Below are positions 1 through 10,395 of a stretch of 64,000 nt of DNA, in pieces. Made by a program: the position numbers and the translations under genes. Origin of the DNA: SAR86 cluster bacterium (lineage in GTDB: Bacteria > Pseudomonadota > Gammaproteobacteria > Magnimaribacterales > Magnimaribacteraceae). Position 1 is the first letter of the stretch; the number at the start of each line of letters is the position of its first letter. The notes beneath the pieces are model-generated. The model ran no database searches, was not told the origin of the DNA, and saw only the letters and a program-made list of their open reading frames with translations. The stretch spans positions 105,029 to 169,028 of the forward strand of contig JADHSF010000001.1 of the NCBI GenBank assembly GCA_016777005.1. The letters are read 5' to 3'.

Positions 1-578
1 ACTCCGAATGTCATGCCCACTCCTGCAGCCCCAAATCCCCAATGCCAGCCTACTTTTTCACCTAAGTATCCACACACAAGAAATCCCAACATACTCCCTA
101 TATTGATAGACATATAAAATATTGTGTAACCTGAATCTATTCGCAAGTCACCTGGTTTATAGAGTTGGCCAACAATAGTAGATATGTTGGGCTTCAGTAA
201 CCCTGTGCCAATTGAAACCAATACCAAGCCAAGAAAGAAAGTTTTATCGGAAGGAATAGCAAGGACATAATGACCTAAGGTAATTATAATAGCTCCGTAT
301 AAAACTGTTTTTTGAGCTCCAAAAATTTTATCTGCTATCCATCCTCCTGGAACACAAAGGAAGTAAACTGAAGCACCGTATATTCCATATATAGCCATAG
401 CTTCAGGAGCACTTAAATTCATCCCTCCTTCAGTTATTTCTCGAGTCATGAAAAGAACAAGTAGACCTCTCATGCCATAGAACGACATCCTTTCCCACAT
501 TTCAGTTAAGAATAATGTAACCAAACCTTTGGGATGTCCTAAAAAATAAGTATCACTAGTCTTTATCATTTCATTCAT
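1..578 (-). CDS. POT/PTR family proton-dependent oligopeptide transporter (MFS), 3' part runs off the window
   Basis: Not in the ORF track. Manual translation from ATG at 578 gives MNEMIKTSDTYFLGHPKGLVTLFLTEMWERMSFYGMRGLLVLFM, the GHP..ExxERFxYYG-type POT signature. AGGA SD upstream. Confidence 0.92.
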   Translation of the reverse strand, partial: MNEMIKTSDTYFLGHPKGLVTLFLTEMWERMSFYGMRGLLVLFMTREITEGGMNLSAPEAMAIYGIYGASVYFLCVPGGWIADKIFGAQKTVLYGAIIITLGHYVLAIPSDKTFFLGLVLVSIGTGLLKPNISTIVGQLYKPGDLRIDSGYTIFYMSINIGSMLGFLVCGYLGEKVGWHWGFGAAGVGMTFG

Positions 579-636
579 AATAGTTCCTAAATATCTGTAT
601 AGAATAATCTAAAAAAAATACCTTATCCAAATTATT

Positions 637-1047
637 ATGGAAAATGCCAGTTTTGTTAGGAGAATATTCTCCCTCGTATATGATTCACTAGCTATTGTGG
701 GAATCATTTTTTCTTTCACGTTGCTTTTAGTTTTTATCAATGGAGGAGTTCCAGAGAGCGGAAGTCTCGGAGACTATTCTCAACTTCTCATCACTATTCT
801 TTCTGGCCCCGTCTTTTATTCTTATTTTTGGATAGTCAACAATGGACAAACATTGGGGATGCAAGCCTGGAAAATCAGGCTTATCTCTAAGGAGAAATTG
901 ACAATAAGAATTTGTTTATTAAGATGTGCCTTTTCAACATTCTCTTTCTTATTTCTTGGTATTGGTTACTTCTATATTTTATTTAATAAAGAAAATAGAT
1001 CACTGGCCGATATAGCTACGAACACAAAAATATCTCGAATCAGTTAG
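637..1047 (+). CDS. RDD family membrane protein
   Basis: RRIFSLVYD and GQTLGMQAWKIRL RDD motifs; usual position next to lptG. Confidence 0.88.
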   Translation: MENASFVRRIFSLVYDSLAIVGIIFSFTLLLVFINGGVPESGSLGDYSQLLITILSGPVFYSYFWIVNNGQTLGMQAWKIRLISKEKLTIRICLLRCAFSTFSFLFLGIGYFYILFNKENRSLADIATNTKISRIS

Positions 1048-2098
1048 ATCTTATTTTCCAAACAAATAAAGTCAGCAGCAGAACGATCAACATTGGAAAA
1101 AGTACTGCGCTTAGAGGCTTTAGAAAAGATACAACCGCCATACTTTCAAAAAAGCTTTGAAACATATTCAAAGAAAACGCAAAGACTATTCCCGCAAGTA
1201 GCCTCTGGCCAAGATTGTTATCCCTAACTTGTCCAAAAACAAAAGAGGAAGCTAAAAAAACCAGAATTATAGTAATTATCGGATGGAATATTTTTCGCCA
1301 ATACTCTAGTAATAAATTATTTTTTCTATATTCGGAAACCTCTTCATTTATAGCATTCCTTAATTCTGTAATAGAGAAGTACTTCGGTGAAAGAATTCTT
1401 CTCATATCTGAATCTTTGGGAGCATCTTCCCATATTTTTCTTTCATAAATCTTTGAATCTGAGATTCGAAAATTATTTACTGTAGAGTTGATCAAGGTCC
1501 AAATGCCCTCTTCTTCGATAGCTGAAGGCGAACTAATCACTTGGTTTATTTTATTTTTATCATCGAATTGATAAATTGTAATATCCTTTATAAGACTCCT
1601 ATTTGGAGATGATTTAAAAAAGGTTATGGAGGATTCTCCCGCAATCCAATAACCCTCATCTAAGGTTATTTTATTTTGCTTAATTAGTCTGTTCTCTTCA
1701 TTTGCTTGAGAAATTGAAGGTAATGATATTTCTTGAAATATAAAACCAAGAATAATGATTAATAAGGTTGGCCTGAGACAGGCAATAACTAGACTAAAGT
1801 CAGACTTTCCAAGCACCTTAGCTCCTATTAATTCGCCCTCTTCTTTAATACTTCCTAGACCAATAAGAACACCTAAAAGACAAATGTAAGAAAGATATGC
1901 ATATAGAGAACTGGGTATGGAAATTAATGAATATACAAAAGCATCACTAATTTGATATGAAATAGATAGGTCAGAAATTTCAGAAATTAAAGAGAAAAGA
2001 AAGTCTAAAGTGGACAATGCAATTGCAACGATGCAAATGCTTTGCAGAACACTCTTAGAAATATTTCTATCTATTAAGTCCCCTAGAAACCAGTTCAT
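1040..2098 (-). CDS. lptG: LPS export ABC permease LptG
   Basis: 3+3 TM helices around a periplasmic domain; follows lptF; EYWRKIFHP motif. Confidence 0.88.
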   Translation of the reverse strand: MNWFLGDLIDRNISKSVLQSICIVAIALSTLDFLFSLISEISDLSISYQISDAFVYSLISIPSSLYAYLSYICLLGVLIGLGSIKEEGELIGAKVLGKSDFSLVIACLRPTLLIIILGFIFQEISLPSISQANEENRLIKQNKITLDEGYWIAGESSITFFKSSPNRSLIKDITIYQFDDKNKINQVISSPSAIEEEGIWTLINSTVNNFRISDSKIYERKIWEDAPKDSDMRRILSPKYFSITELRNAINEEVSEYRKNNLLLEYWRKIFHPIITIILVFLASSFVFGQVRDNNLGQRLLAGIVFAFSLNMFQSFFESMAVVSFLKPLSAVLFPMLIVLLLTLFVWKIRSN

Positions 2099-3093
2099 TT
2101 ATAAACCTTTAAAGAGTAAAAGTTTAAAATTACTGCTAAAACTAAGAAAATAAAATGAGTCAACATCATAGATGTTATTTCTGTGACTTCATTGCCTTTG
2201 AAACTCAAAAGAAGGCCTGTATAAGTTAAAAAAATTAATAATCCTGGAAGTACTCGAGAGTATCTTCCCTTTCTTGGAGATATCTTGCTGATCGGTACAG
2301 CAATAAACATACTCAAAACAGTCATGAATATTATTGAAATTGACCAAATAAATGGCTTGGTAGATTCCTCCGAATGAGATCTATTGCGTGCATTATCAAT
2401 TGATTTATTTACCAGGGACAGTTTATCGAATTGAACGGACATAAATTGATCAGGCTTCGTTTCAGAAAAAGAATATCCTTCTTCGAAATTTAGAAAAATT
2501 TTTTCTAGCTCAGTAATATTAACTCGCTTCGCTACAATGACATTATTTGAATTAACCTCGAGATCATTAATCTTTAAAAATACATCAGTTAAATTATTTT
2601 TATCTTTTCCCTTGGCAAATAAAAGTATTTCATCATTAAGTTTATGAAATTTTCCTGGTGTTAAGGATTTAAACCTTTCTTCTAGCGTCCTTACTTCAAG
2701 AAGGTTAGATACTCTTAGTTCAAAACTAGGGCTAAGTACTGTTGAAAAATAAACCAGCATGGTGCAAATGATTAATGCTGGAATGGTCAATAAGTAATAA
2801 ACTCTGGCGAGACTGAAACCAGATTGTTCCATGATAACAAATTCACTTTCTGCTCTAAATTTACTTATAGACAGAATTATTGAGAGAAAAAAGCCTAGGG
2901 GCAAAATAAGTTCTAAAAATTCAGGGAGTCGAAAGAGAACTATAGAAAAAACTATTTCTGGACTGATCTCCCCTCTAGAAGCCTGTTCTAGGTATTGAAT
3001 TGATCTTGACGATACAATAATCAAAATAAAAATTAAGCTTATAGTCAAAGTATATGAGAAAATACTCTTTAAGAAATAACGATTTAAAATCAT
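2095..3093 (-). CDS. lptF: LPS export ABC permease LptF
   Basis: MILNRY start, RLPEFLELILPLGFFLS, ESE and PRKGRY motifs; divergent from pepA. Confidence 0.9.
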   Translation of the reverse strand: MILNRYFLKSIFSYTLTISLIFILIIVSSRSIQYLEQASRGEISPEIVFSIVLFRLPEFLELILPLGFFLSIILSISKFRAESEFVIMEQSGFSLARVYYLLTIPALIICTMLVYFSTVLSPSFELRVSNLLEVRTLEERFKSLTPGKFHKLNDEILLFAKGKDKNNLTDVFLKINDLEVNSNNVIVAKRVNITELEKIFLNFEEGYSFSETKPDQFMSVQFDKLSLVNKSIDNARNRSHSEESTKPFIWSISIIFMTVLSMFIAVPISKISPRKGRYSRVLPGLLIFLTYTGLLLSFKGNEVTEITSMMLTHFIFLVLAVILNFYSLKVYK

Positions 3094-3222
3094 AAAACTG
3101 GTATTAAATACTCTTAATAGTTAATCCTACTCTTTATTAGAATAATATTCTCTATAGAAGTTTACTTTTATTAATTATTGCTAAAGTAATATCCAGATTT
3201 AAATTTATCAAAAGGAGATAAA

Positions 3223-4737
3223 ATGAAAAAAAGACTCGCGCTTACACTAAACCAAGAACTTTCAAAAAATCTTATAAAAACTAAAGGCGATGCACTTGTT
3301 GTTGGAGTGAATGAAGGAAAAGTCTTAAATGCACAGGCTGCAAGCATAGATACTGCCACGCAAGGAGCTATCAAAAAACTTATCAAAAGAGGTGAGTTTG
3401 AAGGGAAAGTTGGGCAAATGTCTTACATAGCAACAAATGACGGAATCGCAGCCGAAAGAATCTTCTTAGTTGGATGCGGTAATGCTAAAAATGCTCTAAG
3501 CAGTGATGATTTAGATAAAATTTCATCCGCCATTACCAATAGTCTAAGTTCAAAAAAATCTGCGGCAGGTTTAGTCTGTTTGCCTTCAAATAAGTATGAC
3601 TCTGAAGAATTGAGTGATTCAAGTTTTCTTCAAAAGCTTGGCACTTCACTTGAAAATAAGGCTTACACCTATGACGCTAAGTTAAATAAAAAAAACAAAT
3701 CTACAAATTATCTTAAAAAAGTTTCTGTTAGTTTCGAATCTAAAGATAGCGATGCTAAATTAAAAAAAGGTCTCAAGACAGGTCAAGCTATTGGACAAGG
3801 TATGAATGTTGCTAAGGAATTAGCAAATTTGCCAGGAAATATTTGCACGCCCACGTATTTAGCAAACGCCTCAAAATCTGCAGCAAATAAATATGAAAAA
3901 TTAAGCTGTAGAGTCTATGGAGAAAAAGAGATGAAGAAAATGGGCATGGACTGCTTGCTATCAGTGGGCAATGGAAGTGCTGAAGAATCCAAGCTTATAT
4001 CAATGAGCTACATGGGCGGCAAGAAAGGTGCAAGGCCTTATGCGATAGTTGGTAAAGGAATAACATTCGATACTGGAGGCATAAGCCTTAAACCACCGGC
4101 CACAATGGATGAAATGAAATTCGATATGTGTGGTGCTGCAAGTGTTATTGGCACTATGCAGGTAGTTTCTGAATTGAAGCTTCCAATTAATATTGTTGGT
4201 ATTGTTGCAAGTGCTGAGAATATGCCTGGAAGCAAAGCTACTAAACCTGGAGATGTTGTAAAAACAATGTCAGGTCAAACTGTAGAAATATTAAATACCG
4301 ATGCAGAAGGAAGGTTGGTCTTGGCTGATGCTCTAACCTTTGTTGAAAGATTCAAACCTATTTCTGTAGTGGATATTGCAACATTAACTGGTGCCGTCAT
4401 TATGGCACTGGGTTATTCAACCTCAGGCCTTATGAGTAATAATGAAGATCTAGCTAAAGAATTATTAGCAGCAGGAGTCAAAGCTTCAGACAAGGCATGG
4501 CAACTGCCTATTTGGGATAGTTACCAGAAAGACTTAGACAGCAATTTTGCAGATATGGCAAATATTGGAGGCAGAGCAGGAACTATCACTGCAGCTTGTT
4601 TCCTTTCAAGATTTGCAGAAAATTATCCTTGGGCACATTTAGATGTGGCGGGCACTGCTAGTTATAAAGGAGCTGCTAAAGGAGGTTCAGGTAGACCAGT
4701 TCCTTTGTTAAGCCAATATTTAATTGATAAAGCCTAA
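3223..4737 (+). CDS. pepA: Leucyl aminopeptidase (M17)
   Basis: GKGITFDTGG, MKFDMCG and NTDAEGRL motifs; AGGAG SD. Confidence 0.97.
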   Translation: MKKRLALTLNQELSKNLIKTKGDALVVGVNEGKVLNAQAASIDTATQGAIKKLIKRGEFEGKVGQMSYIATNDGIAAERIFLVGCGNAKNALSSDDLDKISSAITNSLSSKKSAAGLVCLPSNKYDSEELSDSSFLQKLGTSLENKAYTYDAKLNKKNKSTNYLKKVSVSFESKDSDAKLKKGLKTGQAIGQGMNVAKELANLPGNICTPTYLANASKSAANKYEKLSCRVYGEKEMKKMGMDCLLSVGNGSAEESKLISMSYMGGKKGARPYAIVGKGITFDTGGISLKPPATMDEMKFDMCGAASVIGTMQVVSELKLPINIVGIVASAENMPGSKATKPGDVVKTMSGQTVEILNTDAEGRLVLADALTFVERFKPISVVDIATLTGAVIMALGYSTSGLMSNNEDLAKELLAAGVKASDKAWQLPIWDSYQKDLDSNFADMANIGGRAGTITAACFLSRFAENYPWAHLDVAGTASYKGAAKGGSGRPVPLLSQYLIDKA

Positions 4738-4739
4738 AA

Positions 4740-5183
4740 ATGGTTGAAGCTACTTTTATAGCTTCAGGTAATTCTGCCAAAGATGCTCTTGATATGGCTG
4801 TTGTTTTAGCCGTCGAAATTCTGATGGGTGAAAAAAATTTTATTCAAGCTCATAAATTAGACATTTACTGTGACAATATTGATGATGCAAATACTCTTGA
4901 TACTTTGTTGTGGAATAACCCTAAGTATTCGATACTAGACCATGGTCTAGTAAATAATGGATCAGGTAATTTGATAGAAATTGGTTATCCTGGAACTAAA
5001 TTTTCGTTAGAATCAGATTCAATTATCAATGTATCACCAGATATTCCGAAAAATCTAGACACGTATCAGTCCTATCTTCAATTAGTTGTGATGGATGGCT
5101 CTAGCCTTAGAAAAAGAGCAGCTGATACCTGGATGAAATGCAAAGAGTTAGGCCTCAATGCAAAATTCCTAGAGTCGATATGA
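4740..5183 (+). CDS. holC: DNA polymerase III chi subunit (divergent)
   Basis: pepA-holC-valS synteny; 147 aa; ATF start and C..A..LD..LW..P..S..H.L pattern match HolC. Confidence 0.8.
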   Translation: MVEATFIASGNSAKDALDMAVVLAVEILMGEKNFIQAHKLDIYCDNIDDANTLDTLLWNNPKYSILDHGLVNNGSGNLIEIGYPGTKFSLESDSIINVSPDIPKNLDTYQSYLQLVVMDGSSLRKRAADTWMKCKELGLNAKFLESI

Positions 5184-7927
5184 AGAAGAACTACGAACCT
5201 AAAATTACCGAACAAGAAATCTATAAAAACTGGGAAGATTCTGAATTCTTCAAGGCGAAGCCAGATGAATCAAAAGAGCCGTTTTGCATCATGATTCCTC
5301 CACCAAACGTAACTGGAACATTACATATGGGTCACGGATTTCAGAATACACTTATGGACGCTTTAGTGCGCCATAAAAGAATGTCTGGATATGATGTTTT
5401 ATGGCAGGTGGGAGTAGATCATGCAGGTATTGCAACTCAGATGGTAGTGGAACGACAACTTGAATCCGAGGGGTTAACTCGAGAAGGTATTGGAAGAAAA
5501 GAATTTGAGAAAAAGGTCTGGGATTGGAAAGAAAAGTCTGGAAGCAAAATAACACAGCAACTTAGAAGATTAGGCGCATCTGTGGATTGGTCTAGAGAGG
5601 CATTCACAATGAGTGACGATTTAAGTTTGGCCGTAAAAGAAGTCTTCATACGTCTTTATGATGAAGGCCTAATATACAGAGGAGAGAGATTAGTTAATTG
5701 GGATACAGTACTTGGTACAGCTTTATCTGATTTAGAAGTTTCTTCCGAAGAAGAGAATGGCTCTCTCTGGCACATAGATTATAAAATAGAAGACGGGAGC
5801 ACTTTAACGGTTGCCACCACCAGGCCAGAGACCCTTTTAGGTGATACAGCATTGGCCGTAAATCCAGAAGATGAGAGATACAAAAATTTAATTGGGAAAA
5901 AAGCATCAGTTCCCCTAGTCAATAGAGAAATTACCATCATTGCAGACGAATATGTTGAATCTGAATTCGGAACAGGTTGCGTCAAAATAACACCAGCCCA
6001 TGATTTCAATGATTTTGAAATTGGTAAAAGACATAAATTACCTTTTATTAATATTTTAAATTTTGATGGAACATTAAATGAAAATGTTCCAGAGAAATAT
6101 CAAAACACGACTGTAATTGAAGCAAGAAACTTAGTAATAAAAGATCTAGAAGAATTAAAACTACTAAACAAAATTGAAGATCATAAAGTTCAAATACCTA
6201 GAAGTGAGCGAAGTAACTCTATATTACAGCCATTAGTGACCAATCAGTGGTTTGTAGATGTTAAAAGCCTTTCAGAAGAAGGCATAAGAGTTGTTAAAGA
6301 CAATGAAACAGAATTTGTTCCAAAGAATTGGGAAAATACTTATTTTTCTTGGATGAATGAGATTCAGGATTGGTGTATCAGTAGACAACTTTGGTGGGGT
6401 CATAGAATACCAGCATGGTTTGATACAGATGGAAACATATATGTTGGTAGCTCTGAAGAAGGTGTTAGAAAAAAATATAAACTAGAGAATGAAGAGTTGA
6501 GGCAAGAAGATGATGTTCTTGATACTTGGTTCTCATCTGCATTGTGGACTTTCTCGACTCTAGGTTGGCCAAAGAAAGATAACCTTCTCTCCAGATATCA
6601 TCCCACAAGTGTTCTAGTAACTGGTTTTGACATCATTTTTTTCTGGGTTGCAAGAATGATAATGATGACTACTCATTTCATTGGAGAAGTTCCTTTCAAA
6701 AAAATTCTCATTCATGGGCTTATCAAGGACTCCGAGGGCACCAAAATGTCTAAATCTAAAGGAAATACACTTGATCCTCTAGATATCATTGATGGAATTA
6801 ATTTAGACAACCTGATCAAGAAGAGAACTGAAGGTTTAATGCAACCTAAAATGAAAGACAGGATAGAGAAACAAACAAAAAAAGAATTTCCTGATGGAAT
6901 CAAGGCTTATGGCACTGATGCATTAAGACTTACCTTCTGTTCTCTAGCTTCAGGTGGAAGAGATATTAATTTTGATATAAAACGAGTGGAAGGATATAGA
7001 AACTTTTGTAATAAACTCTGGAATGCTTCTAGATTTATAGATATGAATATCAATAACTTCGGTATTGCTGAAGAAAGGAGTAATACGCCCATTGATTCTT
7101 GGATAAATTATAAGTTCAATGAAACTGTTTTCAAAGTAAACAAAGCTTTTGATGATTACCGATTAGATCTTGCAACTAAAGCAATATATGAATTTATATG
7201 GTACGAATTTTGTGATTGGTTTATTGAGCTCAATAAGATAAATCTTAACGAAGATATTCCAAACAAACCCGAAATCGTTAAATCGATGGTCGATATTCTT
7301 GAAAAAACACTTAGATTGGCTCATCCAATCATGCCCTTCATCACAGAGGAGATTTGGAATCAGTTTAAACAACATCATGGATCTGATGAGGCTAGTTTGA
7401 TGATAAGTGACTACCCTGTTCTAGTAGAGAATGTATCGGAAAGTGATTTCTTGACTATCGAGTGGCTCAAAGAAGCTGTAACTGGAATAAGGAATATACG
7501 TGGAGAACTTTCTATCAAGCCTTCAACTAGAATCTCTGCAATCTTCAAAGGAGGCGTAAACAAAGATAAAGAAAGTCTAGAAAAAGTCTCACATTACATG
7601 ATGGAACTATCTGGTTTTAAAAATATTTTATGGGCCGATGAAGACGTAGAAGATCCACCATCATCCATACTCGCCATAAAGAAACTAAGAATACTCATTC
7701 CTCTAGAAGGATTAATCGATGCCAATGAAGAAGAACAAAGACTTAATAAAAAAATATCAAAATTGGAACAAGAAAAAGATATGCTAGGTAAGAAACTAAA
7801 TAATAAAAAATTTGTGGATAATGCGCCTAAAGATCTTGTTTTAAACCAACAGGATAGATACACCATATTAGAAACCGAACTCAATAACTTAAAAAATCAA
7901 TTAATTGAGATTCAAAAATTGATATAG
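5180..7927 (+). CDS. valS: Valyl-tRNA synthetase
   Basis: HMGH and KMSKS class I motifs, DWCISRQLWWGHRIP, C-terminal coiled coil. Start moved to the ATG at 5180 (ATGA overlap with holC stop). Confidence 0.98.
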   Translation: MKKNYEPKITEQEIYKNWEDSEFFKAKPDESKEPFCIMIPPPNVTGTLHMGHGFQNTLMDALVRHKRMSGYDVLWQVGVDHAGIATQMVVERQLESEGLTREGIGRKEFEKKVWDWKEKSGSKITQQLRRLGASVDWSREAFTMSDDLSLAVKEVFIRLYDEGLIYRGERLVNWDTVLGTALSDLEVSSEEENGSLWHIDYKIEDGSTLTVATTRPETLLGDTALAVNPEDERYKNLIGKKASVPLVNREITIIADEYVESEFGTGCVKITPAHDFNDFEIGKRHKLPFINILNFDGTLNENVPEKYQNTTVIEARNLVIKDLEELKLLNKIEDHKVQIPRSERSNSILQPLVTNQWFVDVKSLSEEGIRVVKDNETEFVPKNWENTYFSWMNEIQDWCISRQLWWGHRIPAWFDTDGNIYVGSSEEGVRKKYKLENEELRQEDDVLDTWFSSALWTFSTLGWPKKDNLLSRYHPTSVLVTGFDIIFFWVARMIMMTTHFIGEVPFKKILIHGLIKDSEGTKMSKSKGNTLDPLDIIDGINLDNLIKKRTEGLMQPKMKDRIEKQTKKEFPDGIKAYGTDALRLTFCSLASGGRDINFDIKRVEGYRNFCNKLWNASRFIDMNINNFGIAEERSNTPIDSWINYKFNETVFKVNKAFDDYRLDLATKAIYEFIWYEFCDWFIELNKINLNEDIPNKPEIVKSMVDILEKTLRLAHPIMPFITEEIWNQFKQHHGSDEASLMISDYPVLVENVSESDFLTIEWLKEAVTGIRNIRGELSIKPSTRISAIFKGGVNKDKESLEKVSHYMMELSGFKNILWADEDVEDPPSSILAIKKLRILIPLEGLIDANEEEQRLNKKISKLEQEKDMLGKKLNNKKFVDNAPKDLVLNQQDRYTILETELNNLKNQLIEIQKLI

Positions 7928-7960
7928 AGTTTATTCAGATTATTTAGTTATAATTCCAAT

Positions 7961-8353
7961 ATGTTTTTTAGAGCTTTTATTACAAGTGGGTTGATGAGCG
8001 GTATTTACACTGCTCTAATTTCTTATTTATCGAGTGGTCAGCTTCCACAGGCCAGCAGTGAAATGTATATTGTTCTTGGAATCTTTTGGAGTATGGGATT
8101 TCTCTCTATTATTGGCTTTATATACGGAAGGAAGATCAAAAGAAACTTTAGAGGGGAAACAGGTACTATTAAATGGTTTGATCCCAGCAAAGGCTATGGT
8201 TTTCTCATAAGGGATAAGGGAGGAGATCTTTTTGTGCATTTAAGATCTGTTCAAACTCAAGATAGAAGAAAATTAAAAGAGAATACAAGGGTTAGATATT
8301 CTGTAGAAAACACAGAGAAAGGACCACAAGCTGAGAATATAAGAATTATCTAA
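7961..8353 (+). CDS. Cold-shock domain protein with N-terminal membrane anchor
   Basis: GTIKWF..KGYGFL (RNP1), DLFVH (RNP2) and KGPQAENI, preceded by two hydrophobic segments. Confidence 0.88.
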   Translation: MFFRAFITSGLMSGIYTALISYLSSGQLPQASSEMYIVLGIFWSMGFLSIIGFIYGRKIKRNFRGETGTIKWFDPSKGYGFLIRDKGGDLFVHLRSVQTQDRRKLKENTRVRYSVENTEKGPQAENIRII

Positions 8354-9537
8354 AAGAGCCTCTCTAAAAACCAAAATGTCCCTATGCAGGCTAGTCCTGA
8401 TGCTGCATAAACCCTTAATTGATCCAAGTCTTGTTTTAAAAATCTATTCACAATGAGAGATATAGAGAGAAAAATACAGACTACAAGAATTTGCCCAAGT
8501 TCAACTCCAAGATTAAATCCAAAAATTGCTGGTAACAATCTTCCTTCCATTAAGCCTATATTGGATAAATTTCCTGCGAAACCAAATCCATGAATAAGGC
8601 CAAATAAACAGGTTACAAAAATAGTTAATGAAAAGTCTTTATGCCTAGAAATAAGATTTAAGTAGCAATAAGAAAAAATACCCATGCCGATCAATCCAAT
8701 GAGAAACTTTTGATAACCTAAAAACAAAAGGCCTATCAATAAGATAAACCACATCAAACTCAATATATTGATATGAAGCTTGTAACTCTTGGTAATTGAA
8801 GAAACACACTCTACAGCAATAATTATTATTGAGTATCCTATAAGAGCCTCAACTAATTGAGAAGATGGATTAATTAGGTTCAGGGCTCCCAGAGCAAGAG
8901 TTAAGCTGTGTCCAATAGTAAATCCGGTTATGATTAAAATTAATTTCTTGATGGGAAGACTTAAGACAAGAAGAGCTAACAAAAAAGCAAGATGATCAAA
9001 TCCTGACAAGATATGCTTGAAGCCTAAAGATAAATAATCATAGAAAGAATCTAAATCTCCAACTTTATCAATATACTTTTCACTATCACTCCATTCTTTA
9101 TTACTGACAGAGAAAACTTTTTCAGGAAAAGGCTTTGAATCAATCAAAAAAGTAGCTATGTGAGTATGTGATGAGTCTTTATCAAAAAAGACATTGAATT
9201 TTATATTAATATCTTGAGGTTCACATCTCAACCCCCAGAACAAGGAAAGGTATCCGGTTGAGAATGAATTCTTGAGAAAAGGGCTAGAATCGAGATCACA
9301 ATTTTTAAATTCAAAACCTTCTAAGATTTCATTTATAAATTTATCTTCTTGAGTGTTTGAGTAACCTTCATCTAAATTCTGCAATACTGACGTTTGTAGA
9401 CTAAATTCGACTTGAATTTGACTAGAATCTTCACCCCTTTCTATACTGATCTTTGAATAGGATTCACTTCTCTGATGGGAGAGTAATGAGCTACTTACAA
9501 GGAAGAAGATAAAACCAAACAGGAAAGACTTTTTCAT
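8350..9537 (-). CDS. HupE/UreJ-family membrane protein with N-terminal periplasmic domain
   Basis: Signal peptide followed by His; GFKHILSGFDHLAF, FTIGHSLTL, FGLIHGFGFA and FNLGVELGQ motifs. Confidence 0.88.
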   Translation of the reverse strand: MKKSFLFGFIFFLVSSSLLSHQRSESYSKISIERGEDSSQIQVEFSLQTSVLQNLDEGYSNTQEDKFINEILEGFEFKNCDLDSSPFLKNSFSTGYLSLFWGLRCEPQDINIKFNVFFDKDSSHTHIATFLIDSKPFPEKVFSVSNKEWSDSEKYIDKVGDLDSFYDYLSLGFKHILSGFDHLAFLLALLVLSLPIKKLILIITGFTIGHSLTLALGALNLINPSSQLVEALIGYSIIIIAVECVSSITKSYKLHINILSLMWFILLIGLLFLGYQKFLIGLIGMGIFSYCYLNLISRHKDFSLTIFVTCLFGLIHGFGFAGNLSNIGLMEGRLLPAIFGFNLGVELGQILVVCIFLSISLIVNRFLKQDLDQLRVYAASGLACIGTFWFLERLF

Positions 9538-10395
9538 TTATTTAGGTAAATTTCTAGATACGTCGTACCAGTTTTTTAAGTTTTCTAGATAGCTCCTTAG
9601 AGATTGATCATCCTTCCTTTTTAAGAATTCAGAGGAAACGGATGCTTTTATGTCATTAAACTGTGGAGGAGATGCCAACTCTTTATCTATCAAATAGATT
9701 ATTTTATAACCTCCTGATACTTCTATGGGGGTTGTAAAAGAATTGATTTCGAGTTCTTTCGCTAGGTTCATTAAACTTGGCCCAATATATTCTCTGACTT
9801 TAGAGAGAGTCATCAAACTATTTGGAATTAGTAGTGCAGAGGGACTGCCTAACTTAGAGACACTCTCAAAATCATCACCTCTTTTTAGAAGATCATATGC
9901 TTTTTTGGCTACAACCAAAGAATCGTCTTTAAGCTGTTCATTGGAGAAATAAATTTGCTGAATTCTTAAACGAGAAGATTTCGTAAAAAACCCACTATTT
10001 TCTTGGAAGAAACTCTCAAGTTCGCTATCGGAGATTTCATAACGTGCATTTTCCGCAATTATGGTCTTAATCATTTGCTGAACAATCGTTCCTCTTGCCA
10101 TAGGATTATCATTTAACACACCTAAATCGATTGCTCTTTTTATAAGCAATTCTTCTTCAATCATCCTTTCTAAAACATACTCCTTATCTTTTTGAGTTAA
10201 CGGGGATCTTTTGTCTTTAGATAAGCCATCAAGCTGAGTAAGATATTTTTCCATTGGAATGAAAGTATCTTCTATTTTCGCAGCCCATTTATAATCAGAA
10301 ATATTTGATTTCTCGATTACGGAATAAGCAGCCATTAAAGCTCCAAGTAAAATTCCTGCAAACAAGACAAAAGAATAAAATCTATTTTTATCCAT
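9538..10395 (-). CDS. Membrane-anchored parvulin (PpiC-type) PPIase / SurA-PrsA-like chaperone
   Basis: N-terminal TM helix, LERMIEEELL..RA..LG SurA-like segment, degenerate rotamase domain (GDDF..PIEVSGGYKII). Confidence 0.75.
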   Translation of the reverse strand: MDKNRFYSFVLFAGILLGALMAAYSVIEKSNISDYKWAAKIEDTFIPMEKYLTQLDGLSKDKRSPLTQKDKEYVLERMIEEELLIKRAIDLGVLNDNPMARGTIVQQMIKTIIAENARYEISDSELESFFQENSGFFTKSSRLRIQQIYFSNEQLKDDSLVVAKKAYDLLKRGDDFESVSKLGSPSALLIPNSLMTLSKVREYIGPSLMNLAKELEINSFTTPIEVSGGYKIIYLIDKELASPPQFNDIKASVSSEFLKRKDDQSLRSYLENLKNWYDVSRNLPK

